The notes under the pieces are model-generated. The model searched no databases. It had not been told where the DNA came from and worked only from the letters and a program-made list of their open reading frames with translations. 64,000 nucleotides of DNA from contig JAVRCJ020000011.1 of the NCBI GenBank assembly GCA_034530875.2, positions 153,055 through 217,054 of the forward strand, in the 5' to 3' direction. A program made the translations under genes and the position numbers. This stretch comes from Nostoc sp. DedSLP01 (GTDB taxonomy: Bacteria; Cyanobacteriota; Cyanobacteriia; Cyanobacteriales; Nostocaceae). This document shows, one piece after another, positions 29,264 through 39,439 of this stretch (position 1 is its first letter; each line of letters starts with the position of its first letter).

Positions 29264-32200
29264 TCACCTTGGTAGTGTAATTATAAATTCTGCTCCTTGA
29301 TTTAGTGCAGAATTAACTTCTAGAGTACCGCCGTGTTTTTCCACAATAATTTGACGGGCGATCGCTAATCCTAAACCTGTACCTTTACCTACCATTTTCG
29401 TAGTATAAAGATGGTCAAATATTTTTTGCTTGACTTCTTGAGTCATTCCCATACCATTATCTTTGATACTAATATTCACTTGTTTGGAGTCATCACTCAA
29501 TTTAGTAGTAATAACGATTATGTTTGGGTTAGCTTGGATTTCAGCAAAACTCCGTCCAATGTTTGACTCTTCTAGCGCATCAATGGCATTAGCCAATAAA
29601 TTCATAAACACCTGATTTAACTGTCCGGGGAAACACTCTATTTGGGGGAAATTGCCGTAATTTTTCACGATTTCAATTGCTGGATGGCTATCATTCGCTT
29701 TCAGGCGGTGTTTGAGAATTAAGATAGTGCTGTCTAAGCCATCGTGAATATTAAAAGGAACTTTGTAGTCAGAATCGGCACGAGAGAAGGTACGCAAGCT
29801 ATTACTAATTTCCCGGATACGATGAACTCCTTCTTTCATAGAAGAAATTAATTTTGGTAAATCACTGCGTAAGTATTCTAAATCAATATTCTCGATTTCT
29901 GCTTCAATTTCTTCCCCTGGTTGAGGAAATTTTTCTTGATAACAATCGAGCAAATTAAATAAATCTTGGACGCCTTCGTATGCTGGTTGAATATTACCAT
30001 TAATAAAGCCCACAGGGTTATTAATTTCGTGAGCGACACCTGCAACCAAATTACCTAAAGCTGACATTTTTTCATTTTGGACAATTTGTAATTGTGCTTG
30101 TTGTAAGTTTTGCAGCGCTTGTTCTAGTTCTTGAGATTTTTGCTGTACAATTGCTTCTGCTTGTTTGCGTTCGGTAATATCTAGAAGTACGCCATCCCAT
30201 ACAAGAGAGCCATCCTCTTGTGCTTCTGGTTGGGATACGGCTTGAATCCATTTTAATTGGCCTGTTGGTGTAATAATGCGCCATTCATGTTGAAAAGTCG
30301 TGAGATTCTGCGCTGATTCCATTATTAGTTTCTCAACTTGAGCGCTATCTTCAGGATGTTCTAAACCACGTAAGCTTTGATAGCTATTTTCAGACAAAAA
30401 TTCCTCTGCTGGTATTCCGTAGAGTTGATAGCAGCCAGAACTGATATATGGCATAGAAGCAACACCATCCTTACTGAGGCACAGTTGATAAATAACTCCA
30501 GGGATATTATTAGCAAGCTTGTGCAAGAGAGTTTTACTTGCTTGTAAATCGCAATAAAGTTGAGCGTTATCTAGAGAAATTCCGGCTTGGGTGCAGAGGA
30601 AATTTAAAATCAATCGGCGATCGCTGGTAAATACTCCTTGAGTTAATTTATTTTCCAAATAAAGAATACCCACCAAATGCCCTTGATTCAAGATTGGCAT
30701 ACATAAAGCACTCTTGGGTTTTACCAATTGCATATATTCGCTCATCAATCCAGAAATATCACTTTGCAAGTTGTCGATCGCTACTGTTTCTTGCGTATTT
30801 TTAACGTAATAAATTAGTTGTTTCGGGATGTCTAAGCAAGTTTCTATTGGTTGTGTTTCCAGGATAGTTTTGATTTCACACCCAGAATTTGCTTCGCGAT
30901 CGATATATGTAATTGCTCTTACTTGCCAGCTATCTCCTTGTGGCAAAATTAATACAGTTTTTTTCGCACCAGAGTTTTCTAAAATGATGCGGGTAAGACT
31001 AACGATGAGGCGATCTAATTCGATGGAACTGGAAATCGCTTGAGCAGCTTTGAGGATGGAGGTAAAATCGAGAACATCAGAAATGTTGTTGGTACTGCTA
31101 GAAGTGCCGTTAGATGAAGAACTCCGAGTCAAGCCTATATTGGCAATAGTTTCTAGAGGATTTAAGCTGAGTTTTCGCTGTAGGAGGATGGGTTGCAACA
31201 ATTGGGGATAAAGTTTTTCTAAGTTATCGACTTTGGCTAATGCTCCCCACCGCGCATAACAGTAGTATGCTTCCTGCATATAGCCTGCGGCGACTTTATC
31301 TTTACCCCATTCCAGGTAAAACTTAGCAGCGAGTTCGTTAGCGATCGCTTCTTCTTGCAGATATTCATTGGCTTTGGCAAGTGCAATGGCGCGATCGTAT
31401 AAATCTATGGCTTCAATACCCTTGCCAGAAATTTTTACTATTTCCGCAGATAGCAACAGATATCGATGTAAAAAGTTTTCTGGACAATTATCCGCTAATT
31501 TTTCAAGGATTTGCTGATGTTTTTCCAGAAGGTTACAATACTGCTGTTTTTCCTCTGGTGTTGCAGTGGCGTAGAGTGCCGTTAAACAGAGGGGATAATA
31601 GAAATGATATTGAGTCGTGGGAAAAAATCCTAAATTTGTAGCTTGCCTTTTCTCAACTTCTAGTATGATTTGTACGGCTTCATGATAATCAGCCTGGAGA
31701 TACAATAATTGCAGCTTGAGAATGCAATACCAACTAATTCCAATGGCAAAATTATTTTTTTGGAAAATATCTATATAAGAGATATTCTCGTTATTTTCAT
31801 AATCGAATGATTTTTTTGTCTCTGATAAATTCTCCAAACTCGCAATGAATTTTCGCTGTAAGATAAAAGTGTACAGCATATTTGTATCATTTACCTGCTC
31901 GACATAGTTCAGGTATTTATCAGTTTCGAGATAGATGTCACTAAGGCGATCGCCTTTAATTAACATTGTCCAAATCGTAAATATAACTGCCCAAACTCCA
32001 TAAAGCAAATTTCCAGTATCATAAGAAATTTGAAATGATTGCTGGTAAAGTGGCAAATTTGTTTTCAGGTGTCGAATATAAGGATTAATTGCATGGCCAA
32101 AATGATTGATATTTTTCGGTAAAATTTGCAGATTATTGAAGTGATGAGCAACTTTTAAGGACAATTCCCCAAATTCATAAGCTGTTTGATACTCTCCTCG

Positions 32201-35140
32201 ATCGGCAAGATTAATACCATAGAGATCGTAGGCAACGCTAGAGGTTTCGCTATTACCATACTTCAAAGAAATATTCAGCATTAACAAGCTGATTAAATAA
32301 GCGAGGTCTTGATTTCCTGCCAAATAAGATGCCGACCATAAAACGGCTAAAAGCTTCATACAAGCCTTTTGAACTGGGTCTGTCATCTCAGGCAAGGCAA
32401 ATAAATCTCTTGGATTCACATTTGCCAGATTTGTTTGTAGTTTCTCAAGTTCGGTGGCGGCTAATGCTTGTATTTCTTCAGGCGTATCAGGCAACTTTAA
32501 TCCCAAGCTACTCAACCCTTTAATTCCAGCATCAACGCTGGCGTAAATATTTTCTCCCTGAGTCATCCGCAATGCCATCAGTAGAACATAAATATCTGCG
32601 CGATCGAACACATCACGAGCAGAATTTAAAGCCAAATCAAAGCAAGCTTCTGATTCCCCAAAATTTCCCACTAAATATTCACATTCTGCTCGTTCTCGAT
32701 ACAAGTTAAAGGTGAGTTTATAGTCAGTTTCCCAACTATTATCTAGTAGCAATTTCATCCCGACAGTGAAATATTTCACGGCTGCTTTATAAGCGGTAGA
32801 AGCTTTAGCTTTCTTACCAGCAATCAGATTCAATTGAGCTAGTTCGCGTTTTTCTGATTGTTCGGTAATGATATCGATTCCTTGGTTCAACTGGCTGACG
32901 ATATCAAATATACTGGTTTCTAAAGCTTCAGATAATGTGTTTTTTAAAATTAGTTTTCCAGTCTTTAAATGAGTTAGCTGTTTATCAGATTCAGGAATCA
33001 AAGCGTAAGCAGCTTGTTGAACGCGATCGTGGAGAAATTTATATGCAACAATCTCAGAACTTTCTTGCCTGACTGCATGATTTACTTCACCAATATAAAA
33101 TTTATAAACATCACTTTGGGGTAAAATTAATCCTTCCTGCAAAGCGTTCCACAAATAAGTAGCAGTTTCTATTTCTGATTGTTCGGAAACAATAGCTAGT
33201 GTTTTTAAATCAAATTTATTACCAATACAAGCAGCCAGTTTGAGGACATGTTGAGTTGATTGAGGCAGCTTGCGCAATTGAAATTCCATGAACTCTACGA
33301 CATCATCTGTCAGCGCTTGCTGATTAATTTGTGTAATGTCACATTGCCAATATCCTTCTAATGAATTAAATTCAATTAAGCCATCTTGGTATAATGCTTT
33401 GAGAAACTGGGTAGCAAAAAATGGGTTACCTTGGGTTTTTTGATAAATTAGTTGTGAAAGAGACCATGCTAACTCTTCTACACAACCCAATGTGTCAGCT
33501 ACTAACTGATTGAGTTTTAAATAACTGAGGTTTTGCAAAATAATGGTATTAATTGTGGCATTTTTTTTAGTAATCTTTTCTAAAGTTAACATCAATGGAT
33601 GTGCGGGTATAACTTCATTATCTCTATATGCACCAATTAATAACAAATAACCATTATTATTATCATTCATTAATAACTCTATAAGTTTTAAAGAAGCAGA
33701 GTCAGCCCATTGTAAATCGTCTAAAAACATTACTAAGGGATGGTCTTTAGTAGTAAATATTTGGATAAATTTTTGTAGTAATAAGTTAAATCGATTTTCA
33801 GCAGCACTACCGGATAATTCTGGTACTGGCGGTTGCTGACCAATAATCATTTCTAATTCAGGAATCACCTCAACAATTACTTGGGCATTTTCGCCTAAAG
33901 CGGTAATAATTTTAGTTTTCCAATGTTGAATTACTATGTCTGCTTCCGTTAACAATTGTTCCATTAAATTGCGGAATGCTTGGACAAATGCTGAGAAAGG
34001 AATATTACGATTGAATTGGTCAAATTTTCCTTTAATAAAGTAACCGCGTTGTTTGACTATTGGTTTATGTACTTCATTAACAACTGCGGTTTTACCAATT
34101 CCCGAAAATCCTGCTATTAGCATTAATTCTGATGCACCATTAGCAACCCTTTCAAAAGCATCTAGTAATGTATGGACTTCTTGCTCCCGTCCATAGAGCT
34201 TTTCTGGAATTATAAAACGCTCTTGAATATCTCTTTTACCGATTTCAAAGACTGGGATTTCTCCTGTCTGTTGTAAGCTTTGCCAACAAGTTTCCAAATC
34301 ATATTTTAATCCCAAAGCACTTTGATAGCGTTCTTCAGCATTTTTAGCCATTAGTTTGGCGATAATTTCTGAAATTATCAGTGGAATATCAGGATTGATT
34401 TGATGAGGTGGTGTTGCTTGTTTTGCTAGATGAGCGTGAACTAACTCTATTGGATCGTCTGATTGAAAGGGTAATTGTCCAGTCAAGATTTCATAAAAAG
34501 TCACACCAAGGGAGTACAAATCTGTCCGATAGTCAACTCCTCTGTTCATGCGTCCAGTTTGTTCGGGAGATAAATAAGCTAGAGTTCCTTCTAAAACATT
34601 AAAACTTTGGATTTCTTGTACTTCTCGCGGTAATAAAGAGGCGATACTAAAATCTATGAGTTTTATTTGTTTTGTTTCTGGATTAATTAAAATATTTGCT
34701 GGTTTAATATCTTTATGAATGACGCGTAGGTGTAGCCCACCGCAGGTATCGCTATGCATTTGGTTTATGATATCTGCAATCGGAATGGCAACTTGGAGAA
34801 AATTTGCGATCGCTTGCGTATTTCTCTGCTCTATTCCCCATTCTTTCAAAGAGATTCCGCCAAAATCCTCCATAATTAGAGCGTAACCGTTATGGTAGGT
34901 TTCCAAGCTGTAAGGTGCGATCGCACCAGGTAGGTTGAGATTTTTGGCAATGACGTACTGGTTACGAAATTGTAAAAGTTCGTGAAAGCTAGGGTATTCC
35001 AAACGCATCAGCTTAATTGCTACGGGTTTTTGGTCTTGCTCCCTTATCCCTCGGTAAACTAGCGTCCGCGTACCAGAATAAATTTGGTCTTTGATACTAT
35101 AACCAGGGAGCTGAACCTCAAATATGCTGACCATAACCAC
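29264..35140 (-). CDS. Hybrid Ser/Thr kinase-AAA ATPase-GAF-PAS-His kinase (HstK-like)
   Basis: HKDIKPANI, GFSGIGKT, LDDLQWAD, GAF (GILYLEN), PAS (HPED), AHEINNP, GTGLGL. Confidence 0.93.
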   Translation of the reverse strand: MVMVSIFEVQLPGYSIKDQIYSGTRTLVYRGIREQDQKPVAIKLMRLEYPSFHELLQFRNQYVIAKNLNLPGAIAPYSLETYHNGYALIMEDFGGISLKEWGIEQRNTQAIANFLQVAIPIADIINQMHSDTCGGLHLRVIHKDIKPANILINPETKQIKLIDFSIASLLPREVQEIQSFNVLEGTLAYLSPEQTGRMNRGVDYRTDLYSLGVTFYEILTGQLPFQSDDPIELVHAHLAKQATPPHQINPDIPLIISEIIAKLMAKNAEERYQSALGLKYDLETCWQSLQQTGEIPVFEIGKRDIQERFIIPEKLYGREQEVHTLLDAFERVANGASELMLIAGFSGIGKTAVVNEVHKPIVKQRGYFIKGKFDQFNRNIPFSAFVQAFRNLMEQLLTEADIVIQHWKTKIITALGENAQVIVEVIPELEMIIGQQPPVPELSGSAAENRFNLLLQKFIQIFTTKDHPLVMFLDDLQWADSASLKLIELLMNDNNNGYLLLIGAYRDNEVIPAHPLMLTLEKITKKNATINTIILQNLSYLKLNQLVADTLGCVEELAWSLSQLIYQKTQGNPFFATQFLKALYQDGLIEFNSLEGYWQCDITQINQQALTDDVVEFMEFQLRKLPQSTQHVLKLAACIGNKFDLKTLAIVSEQSEIETATYLWNALQEGLILPQSDVYKFYIGEVNHAVRQESSEIVAYKFLHDRVQQAAYALIPESDKQLTHLKTGKLILKNTLSEALETSIFDIVSQLNQGIDIITEQSEKRELAQLNLIAGKKAKASTAYKAAVKYFTVGMKLLLDNSWETDYKLTFNLYRERAECEYLVGNFGESEACFDLALNSARDVFDRADIYVLLMALRMTQGENIYASVDAGIKGLSSLGLKLPDTPEEIQALAATELEKLQTNLANVNPRDLFALPEMTDPVQKACMKLLAVLWSASYLAGNQDLAYLISLLMLNISLKYGNSETSSVAYDLYGINLADRGEYQTAYEFGELSLKVAHHFNNLQILPKNINHFGHAINPYIRHLKTNLPLYQQSFQISYDTGNLLYGVWAVIFTIWTMLIKGDRLSDIYLETDKYLNYVEQVNDTNMLYTFILQRKFIASLENLSETKKSFDYENNENISYIDIFQKNNFAIGISWYCILKLQLLYLQADYHEAVQIILEVEKRQATNLGFFPTTQYHFYYPLCLTALYATATPEEKQQYCNLLEKHQQILEKLADNCPENFLHRYLLLSAEIVKISGKGIEAIDLYDRAIALAKANEYLQEEAIANELAAKFYLEWGKDKVAAGYMQEAYYCYARWGALAKVDNLEKLYPQLLQPILLQRKLSLNPLETIANIGLTRSSSSNGTSSSTNNISDVLDFTSILKAAQAISSSIELDRLIVSLTRIILENSGAKKTVLILPQGDSWQVRAITYIDREANSGCEIKTILETQPIETCLDIPKQLIYYVKNTQETVAIDNLQSDISGLMSEYMQLVKPKSALCMPILNQGHLVGILYLENKLTQGVFTSDRRLILNFLCTQAGISLDNAQLYCDLQASKTLLHKLANNIPGVIYQLCLSKDGVASMPYISSGCYQLYGIPAEEFLSENSYQSLRGLEHPEDSAQVEKLIMESAQNLTTFQHEWRIITPTGQLKWIQAVSQPEAQEDGSLVWDGVLLDITERKQAEAIVQQKSQELEQALQNLQQAQLQIVQNEKMSALGNLVAGVAHEINNPVGFINGNIQPAYEGVQDLFNLLDCYQEKFPQPGEEIEAEIENIDLEYLRSDLPKLISSMKEGVHRIREISNSLRTFSRADSDYKVPFNIHDGLDSTILILKHRLKANDSHPAIEIVKNYGNFPQIECFPGQLNQVFMNLLANAIDALEESNIGRSFAEIQANPNIIVITTKLSDDSKQVNISIKDNGMGMTQEVKQKIFDHLYTTKMVGKGTGLGLAIARQIIVEKHGGTLEVNSALNQGAEFIITLPR
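34724..34752. mobile_element. 21-nt small dispersed repeat inserted in a HIP1 site (SDR5-like)
   Basis: GCG+TAGGTGTAGCCCACCGCAGGT+ATCGC; removing the 21 nt restores GCGATCGC. Confidence 0.85.
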
Positions 35141-35261
35141 TATCTCTTACTAACCTGGAGTTAGTGTTCCCAGTCTGCATTGCAGATTTGCAACGTCGGT
35201 GAATGCTAGATTAAAAGGGGATTAGATTTTCTGATTTCCCCCTTAAACGTAAATCAAATTC

Positions 35262-35834
35262 TTAGCTTTCGTTGCAAAGCTGTTGAATTACTCTGGAAAA
35301 CTCTTGCGTCAGAACGTCTGAGCCACTTGCATTATAGATTTGCTGTAACTGTTGATAAAACCATAAAGTTCCTTCTTTGCCAGTTTTAAATTCTTTCCAA
35401 ATACTGCTGCCATGTTGTCGGATGTCTGCCAACAATGACCTTGCATTGTGCAGTTTATCCGCCAAAGATACGCGCCGGACTGAGGCTGAGGCATGACGCA
35501 GATTCTCCAAATACCTTTTCTTGCGTTCTGACCAAGGTGGTTTCGGGTAAGTGTCGGATTCAGTACAGCCATCAACTATTGCAACGACTGTCTCACCAAA
35601 GCGCTGGCGTATTTCCTCGCGAGTGGATTTGCCTCCTTGGTCTTCGACTGCATCGTGCAATAGACCGGCGATCGCTTCTTCTTCAGTGCCGCCAGCTTCG
35701 AGTACAAGTGCTGCCACACTCAATAAGTGAGCGATGTAAGGAACGCCGCTAATCTTGCGCGTTTGATTGGTATGAAGACGAGTTGCATAGACCAAGGCTT
35801 CTTCAAATTTTGGTGTTAACTGTAGTCTATTCAT
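35262..35834 (-). CDS. HD-domain hydrolase (Mesh1/small alarmone hydrolase-like)
   Basis: HTNQTRK..PYIAH..LLHDAVED..LADKLHN. Confidence 0.85.
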   Translation of the reverse strand: MNRLQLTPKFEEALVYATRLHTNQTRKISGVPYIAHLLSVAALVLEAGGTEEEAIAGLLHDAVEDQGGKSTREEIRQRFGETVVAIVDGCTESDTYPKPPWSERKKRYLENLRHASASVRRVSLADKLHNARSLLADIRQHGSSIWKEFKTGKEGTLWFYQQLQQIYNASGSDVLTQEFSRVIQQLCNES

Positions 35835-36044
35835 AGGAAAAATCAGAAGTTTGATTGATGGTAAAGCTGAAATTCTTTGGCGACATCAGCGGCAATACTT
35901 TGTCTTAGTTCGTAAGGAAAGAGAACTTCACGAGTTATACCAAACAATCTTTTCTTTAAATTTGCTGAAGATGCTGGCGATCGCGGGTAAGTGTCCAGAT
36001 TTGACCATTGATTAGACCAAGCTTTTTTAGAATTTATTTAAACG

Positions 36045-38066
36045 CTAAATTCTGAGCCATTTCAGGACATGAGGATCTTTGTCATAGCGGTAGGTAAAGC
36101 CGTCTCTAGCGGCAATAGTCTCTCCTTTGCTTGCTTTACTCCTAATAGTCTTAATAGTATAGGAAGTTAATTCGCTCATTTCCTTGTGAGAAAGACCTTC
36201 GATGAGAGTTTTTTCAATCGATGTTGCTGATTGATTTTGATATTCATTATTAGGTAAGCTGTCTGTAGTAACGCTAGTAGTTTCAGTTGAGTTTTGGGCA
36301 CTTATTTTTTGGTTTCGATAATCTTGAATGCTCAGAAGTTGCCAACTAGAATCTTGTGAAAGTTCTAAAACCCATTGATGATAATCAAATAAGCTTTCTC
36401 TATGCCCTACACTAATAAATGTTGTTTTTGTTTCTTGTAATTGTTGATATAAATTTCCTTCATTTCTCAAATCTAAGGCACTTGTTGCTTCATCTAATAT
36501 GGTGAATCTGGGATGAGTCACTAACAAGCGTGCGAAAGCTAGACGTTGTTGTTCTCCTAGCGATAGTATGTTTTCCCAAGGAACTTCTGTATCAAAACCT
36601 TCAATTCGACTTAGTAAGTTTTGCAGGTTTACTTGTTGCAAAACATTTTTCACTTCTGCGTCGGTCATTTGCCGATTTGTATTAGGATAAAGTAACTGTT
36701 CGCGCAGAGTTCCCAAAATGATGTAAGGACGTTGGGGTAAGAATAAGACTTCTTCTAAAGGAGGTCGCACTAAACGACCAGTCCCCGCATTCCATAAACC
36801 CGCGATCGCTCTTAATAATGAACTTTTACCTCGACCACTAGGCCCTACAATTAATAAACCCTCTCCCGGCTGAACAGAAAGCGACAAATCTTCGACAATT
36901 ACCTGTTCATAATCAGGTGTTTGTAAAGTAACATGCTCAAAAGCCAGTTGCCTTTCTTCTATTGTTTTAATCGTACTGACATTTTCAGGTTGTTTAGTTA
37001 CTGCTTCTAGAGCATTCGACAGTTCAACTAAACGCTCAACATAACTAGAAAATCGTCCTGAAGTCGCAAATTCTCTGATTATTTCCGCCAGAGCTGTAGC
37101 AAATAGACTACAAGCTAAACTAGCTTGGGAAATTTCTCCAAATTGCATTTCACCTTTAATCTGTAAAGGGCCAAATACTATATATGGAAATATTTGAATA
37201 ATCGCTTGATACCCTCTGTTAAAAATATCTTGAGTTACTTCCCAATTAATCTTGCGTTTAGCACTTTTAAGAATATTATTGAATTTTTGTAGTACTATAT
37301 TTAATTCTTGTTTCTCTCCTCGAAAGAAAGCTATTGATTCAGCATGATTACGAACATGATTTACGCTATAATTATAGTCGCCTTGATGTTCGAGTTCTTC
37401 TTGTTTAATTTTATTTAATTCTTGAGCTAAATAAACAGCAATGAAATTCCCTATTACTGTATAAATAACTAATACAACTGCCACAAAATGAGAAAGCGAC
37501 CAAAGAATTACTAAAAAAGTAATCATTTCCAGCACTTTTTCTAAGAAAGTAGCCGAAAAAGAGAGAGCATCTCTAGTCAAAGGTTCTATTTCTTGGGTTA
37601 TTCTTTGATCTGGATTATCAATATCAGATTTAAAATTAATTTTATAATAGGCACGATTACTCAAATATTTATCTACAATTCGATTGTTTAGCCATTGATA
37701 CCAATTAAGAGCGATTTGTTTTCTAACAAATCTAGAAAATCCTAATAATATCGTTACGCAGACAAGAGCAACACCATAAAGTATTAATGTCTGATTAAAT
37801 TTCTGCAAATCTCGATCTTCAGTAATGATATCTAGCAAATAGCGGCTAACAAAGCTATTAAACGCAGTTACACCGACGAGCATTATTATTAATAATACCA
37901 GGAGAAAAAGCATTCCCCATGTACGAATTACATCTGAAAATGGTCTGGCGTTTGCCTCAGTAGGATACAAGAAAGGCCCGATAATCGCTCTGACATTCCC
38001 CCAAAAATCCTTACCAGGTGAAGAATCATTTTTTGACGATTTACCAATAAAACTTGTAGCTTGCAT
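36045..38066 (-). CDS. aptF: ABC transporter, fused permease/ATPase (AptF/McyH-like)
   Basis: DNPDQRI, GPSGRGKS, LSLGEQQR, LDEATSALD; last gene of the NRPS cluster. Confidence 0.85.
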   Translation of the reverse strand: MQATSFIGKSSKNDSSPGKDFWGNVRAIIGPFLYPTEANARPFSDVIRTWGMLFLLVLLIIMLVGVTAFNSFVSRYLLDIITEDRDLQKFNQTLILYGVALVCVTILLGFSRFVRKQIALNWYQWLNNRIVDKYLSNRAYYKINFKSDIDNPDQRITQEIEPLTRDALSFSATFLEKVLEMITFLVILWSLSHFVAVVLVIYTVIGNFIAVYLAQELNKIKQEELEHQGDYNYSVNHVRNHAESIAFFRGEKQELNIVLQKFNNILKSAKRKINWEVTQDIFNRGYQAIIQIFPYIVFGPLQIKGEMQFGEISQASLACSLFATALAEIIREFATSGRFSSYVERLVELSNALEAVTKQPENVSTIKTIEERQLAFEHVTLQTPDYEQVIVEDLSLSVQPGEGLLIVGPSGRGKSSLLRAIAGLWNAGTGRLVRPPLEEVLFLPQRPYIILGTLREQLLYPNTNRQMTDAEVKNVLQQVNLQNLLSRIEGFDTEVPWENILSLGEQQRLAFARLLVTHPRFTILDEATSALDLRNEGNLYQQLQETKTTFISVGHRESLFDYHQWVLELSQDSSWQLLSIQDYRNQKISAQNSTETTSVTTDSLPNNEYQNQSATSIEKTLIEGLSHKEMSELTSYTIKTIRSKASKGETIAARDGFTYRYDKDPHVLKWLRI

Positions 38067-38226
38067 ATCAAAAAAAATATTGTAATATCGTGATTCAGAT
38101 GGCTAGTCAATAATTAAAGAATAGGAAAAACAAGTCATAATTAATTGTTATCGTTTATGAAATGATAAAATTTTCTCCTCAGTCTTTAATTTACTTGAAT
38201 AGGAAATTGTAAATTTTCCTAATTTC

Positions 38227-39423
38227 CTATTCAAAGATACCATCCTCCCATAATTCTAAAACTTCTTGAGCAGTAAAATAACGTTCTTTTTCAGTAGCTA
38301 GCAATTTGATAACAGAACGCATCTTTTCATAGTGCTTTCTGGGTTGAGGATTGTGCAGTTGCTTTTCAAATAGATATTGAAAATTACTAACTCCACTCCA
38401 TTTGCCAAATACAACATCTATCTTGTTATAAGGAAATATTGCATAACTTTTGGGGTCACGCAACAAAGAATTGACATGAATACCTGATTCGTGGCGTTGT
38501 GCAGTTTGAGAGTAAGGAGGGGCGGGGCGAATCCCCATTTGCTCGATGTAATTAGTTACTGCTGCGATCGCATCATAGTCGATCCCCTCTACTTCAATCC
38601 CGAAACGGACTCGCAAACCATTTAAAACTTGCTCGATCGCCACATTTCCGGCTCGTTCTCCCAAACCACAAAATGTCCCCGATACTAAAGTCGCCCCAGC
38701 CATGAGAGACTGGAGAGTATTTTCTAAAGCTAAGCCCATATCGTTGTGATAATGTACTCCCAATACGACCCCTGCGGTAGATTGGAGCAAGTCGTTAATC
38801 CAGATATAACTCTTTTCTGGAGTCAGAACCCCTACCGTATCACACAGTAGAAAGTGTTCGATATAAGGACTGCATGAGCGAATACATTGCACCAAATAGT
38901 CATAATCGGCTCTAGAAGCATCCTCAGCCGCAAAATCTACTCTCAAACCTGCGACTTTTGTAGCATAGTGCAAATTTTCGACAATGACATCAAGAGCATT
39001 TTGACGAATTGTATTGATTATTTGAGATGGGATACCGTCGTCAATAGTTTTTCCTTGAAATTCGCTCATGAGGCGAACTTGGGGATCGCGCAAAAATAGC
39101 AGGCGATCGGAAACAGCATGGAATAAAATAATGCGCTTAACTCCGCACTCTATCGCTTGATCTATGTACTGCTTTCCCATCATCGTATCAGTAGTAATCA
39201 CTTCATCCCATCCTTCTGAGACTAATGATTTGACTAACTCTGCTTCTTGTTCGCAAACACTTGGCATGATAGCCAATCCATCAACTCCTGTTTGAGCAAT
39301 CAGACGAGCAAGTTTGTGTTTAGTTGGGTAAGAGAAGAAAATGCCTACTTGTTGTTCTCCATCCCGCAGAGTTTCATCGGAAATTTTAATAGGAAGAGGT
39401 TGCATTTTTTTATACCACTTCAA
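38227..39423 (-). CDS. hphA: Isopropylmalate synthase-like benzylmalate synthase (homo-amino-acid pathway; AptE/HphA)
   Basis: DETLRDGEQ, HYHNDMG, GLGERAGN, HESGIH; no LeuA regulatory domain; located within the NRPS cluster. Confidence 0.88.
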   Translation of the reverse strand: MKWYKKMQPLPIKISDETLRDGEQQVGIFFSYPTKHKLARLIAQTGVDGLAIMPSVCEQEAELVKSLVSEGWDEVITTDTMMGKQYIDQAIECGVKRIILFHAVSDRLLFLRDPQVRLMSEFQGKTIDDGIPSQIINTIRQNALDVIVENLHYATKVAGLRVDFAAEDASRADYDYLVQCIRSCSPYIEHFLLCDTVGVLTPEKSYIWINDLLQSTAGVVLGVHYHNDMGLALENTLQSLMAGATLVSGTFCGLGERAGNVAIEQVLNGLRVRFGIEVEGIDYDAIAAVTNYIEQMGIRPAPPYSQTAQRHESGIHVNSLLRDPKSYAIFPYNKIDVVFGKWSGVSNFQYLFEKQLHNPQPRKHYEKMRSVIKLLATEKERYFTAQEVLELWEDGIFE

Positions 39424-39439
39424 AATTAAGAAAGTTAGG

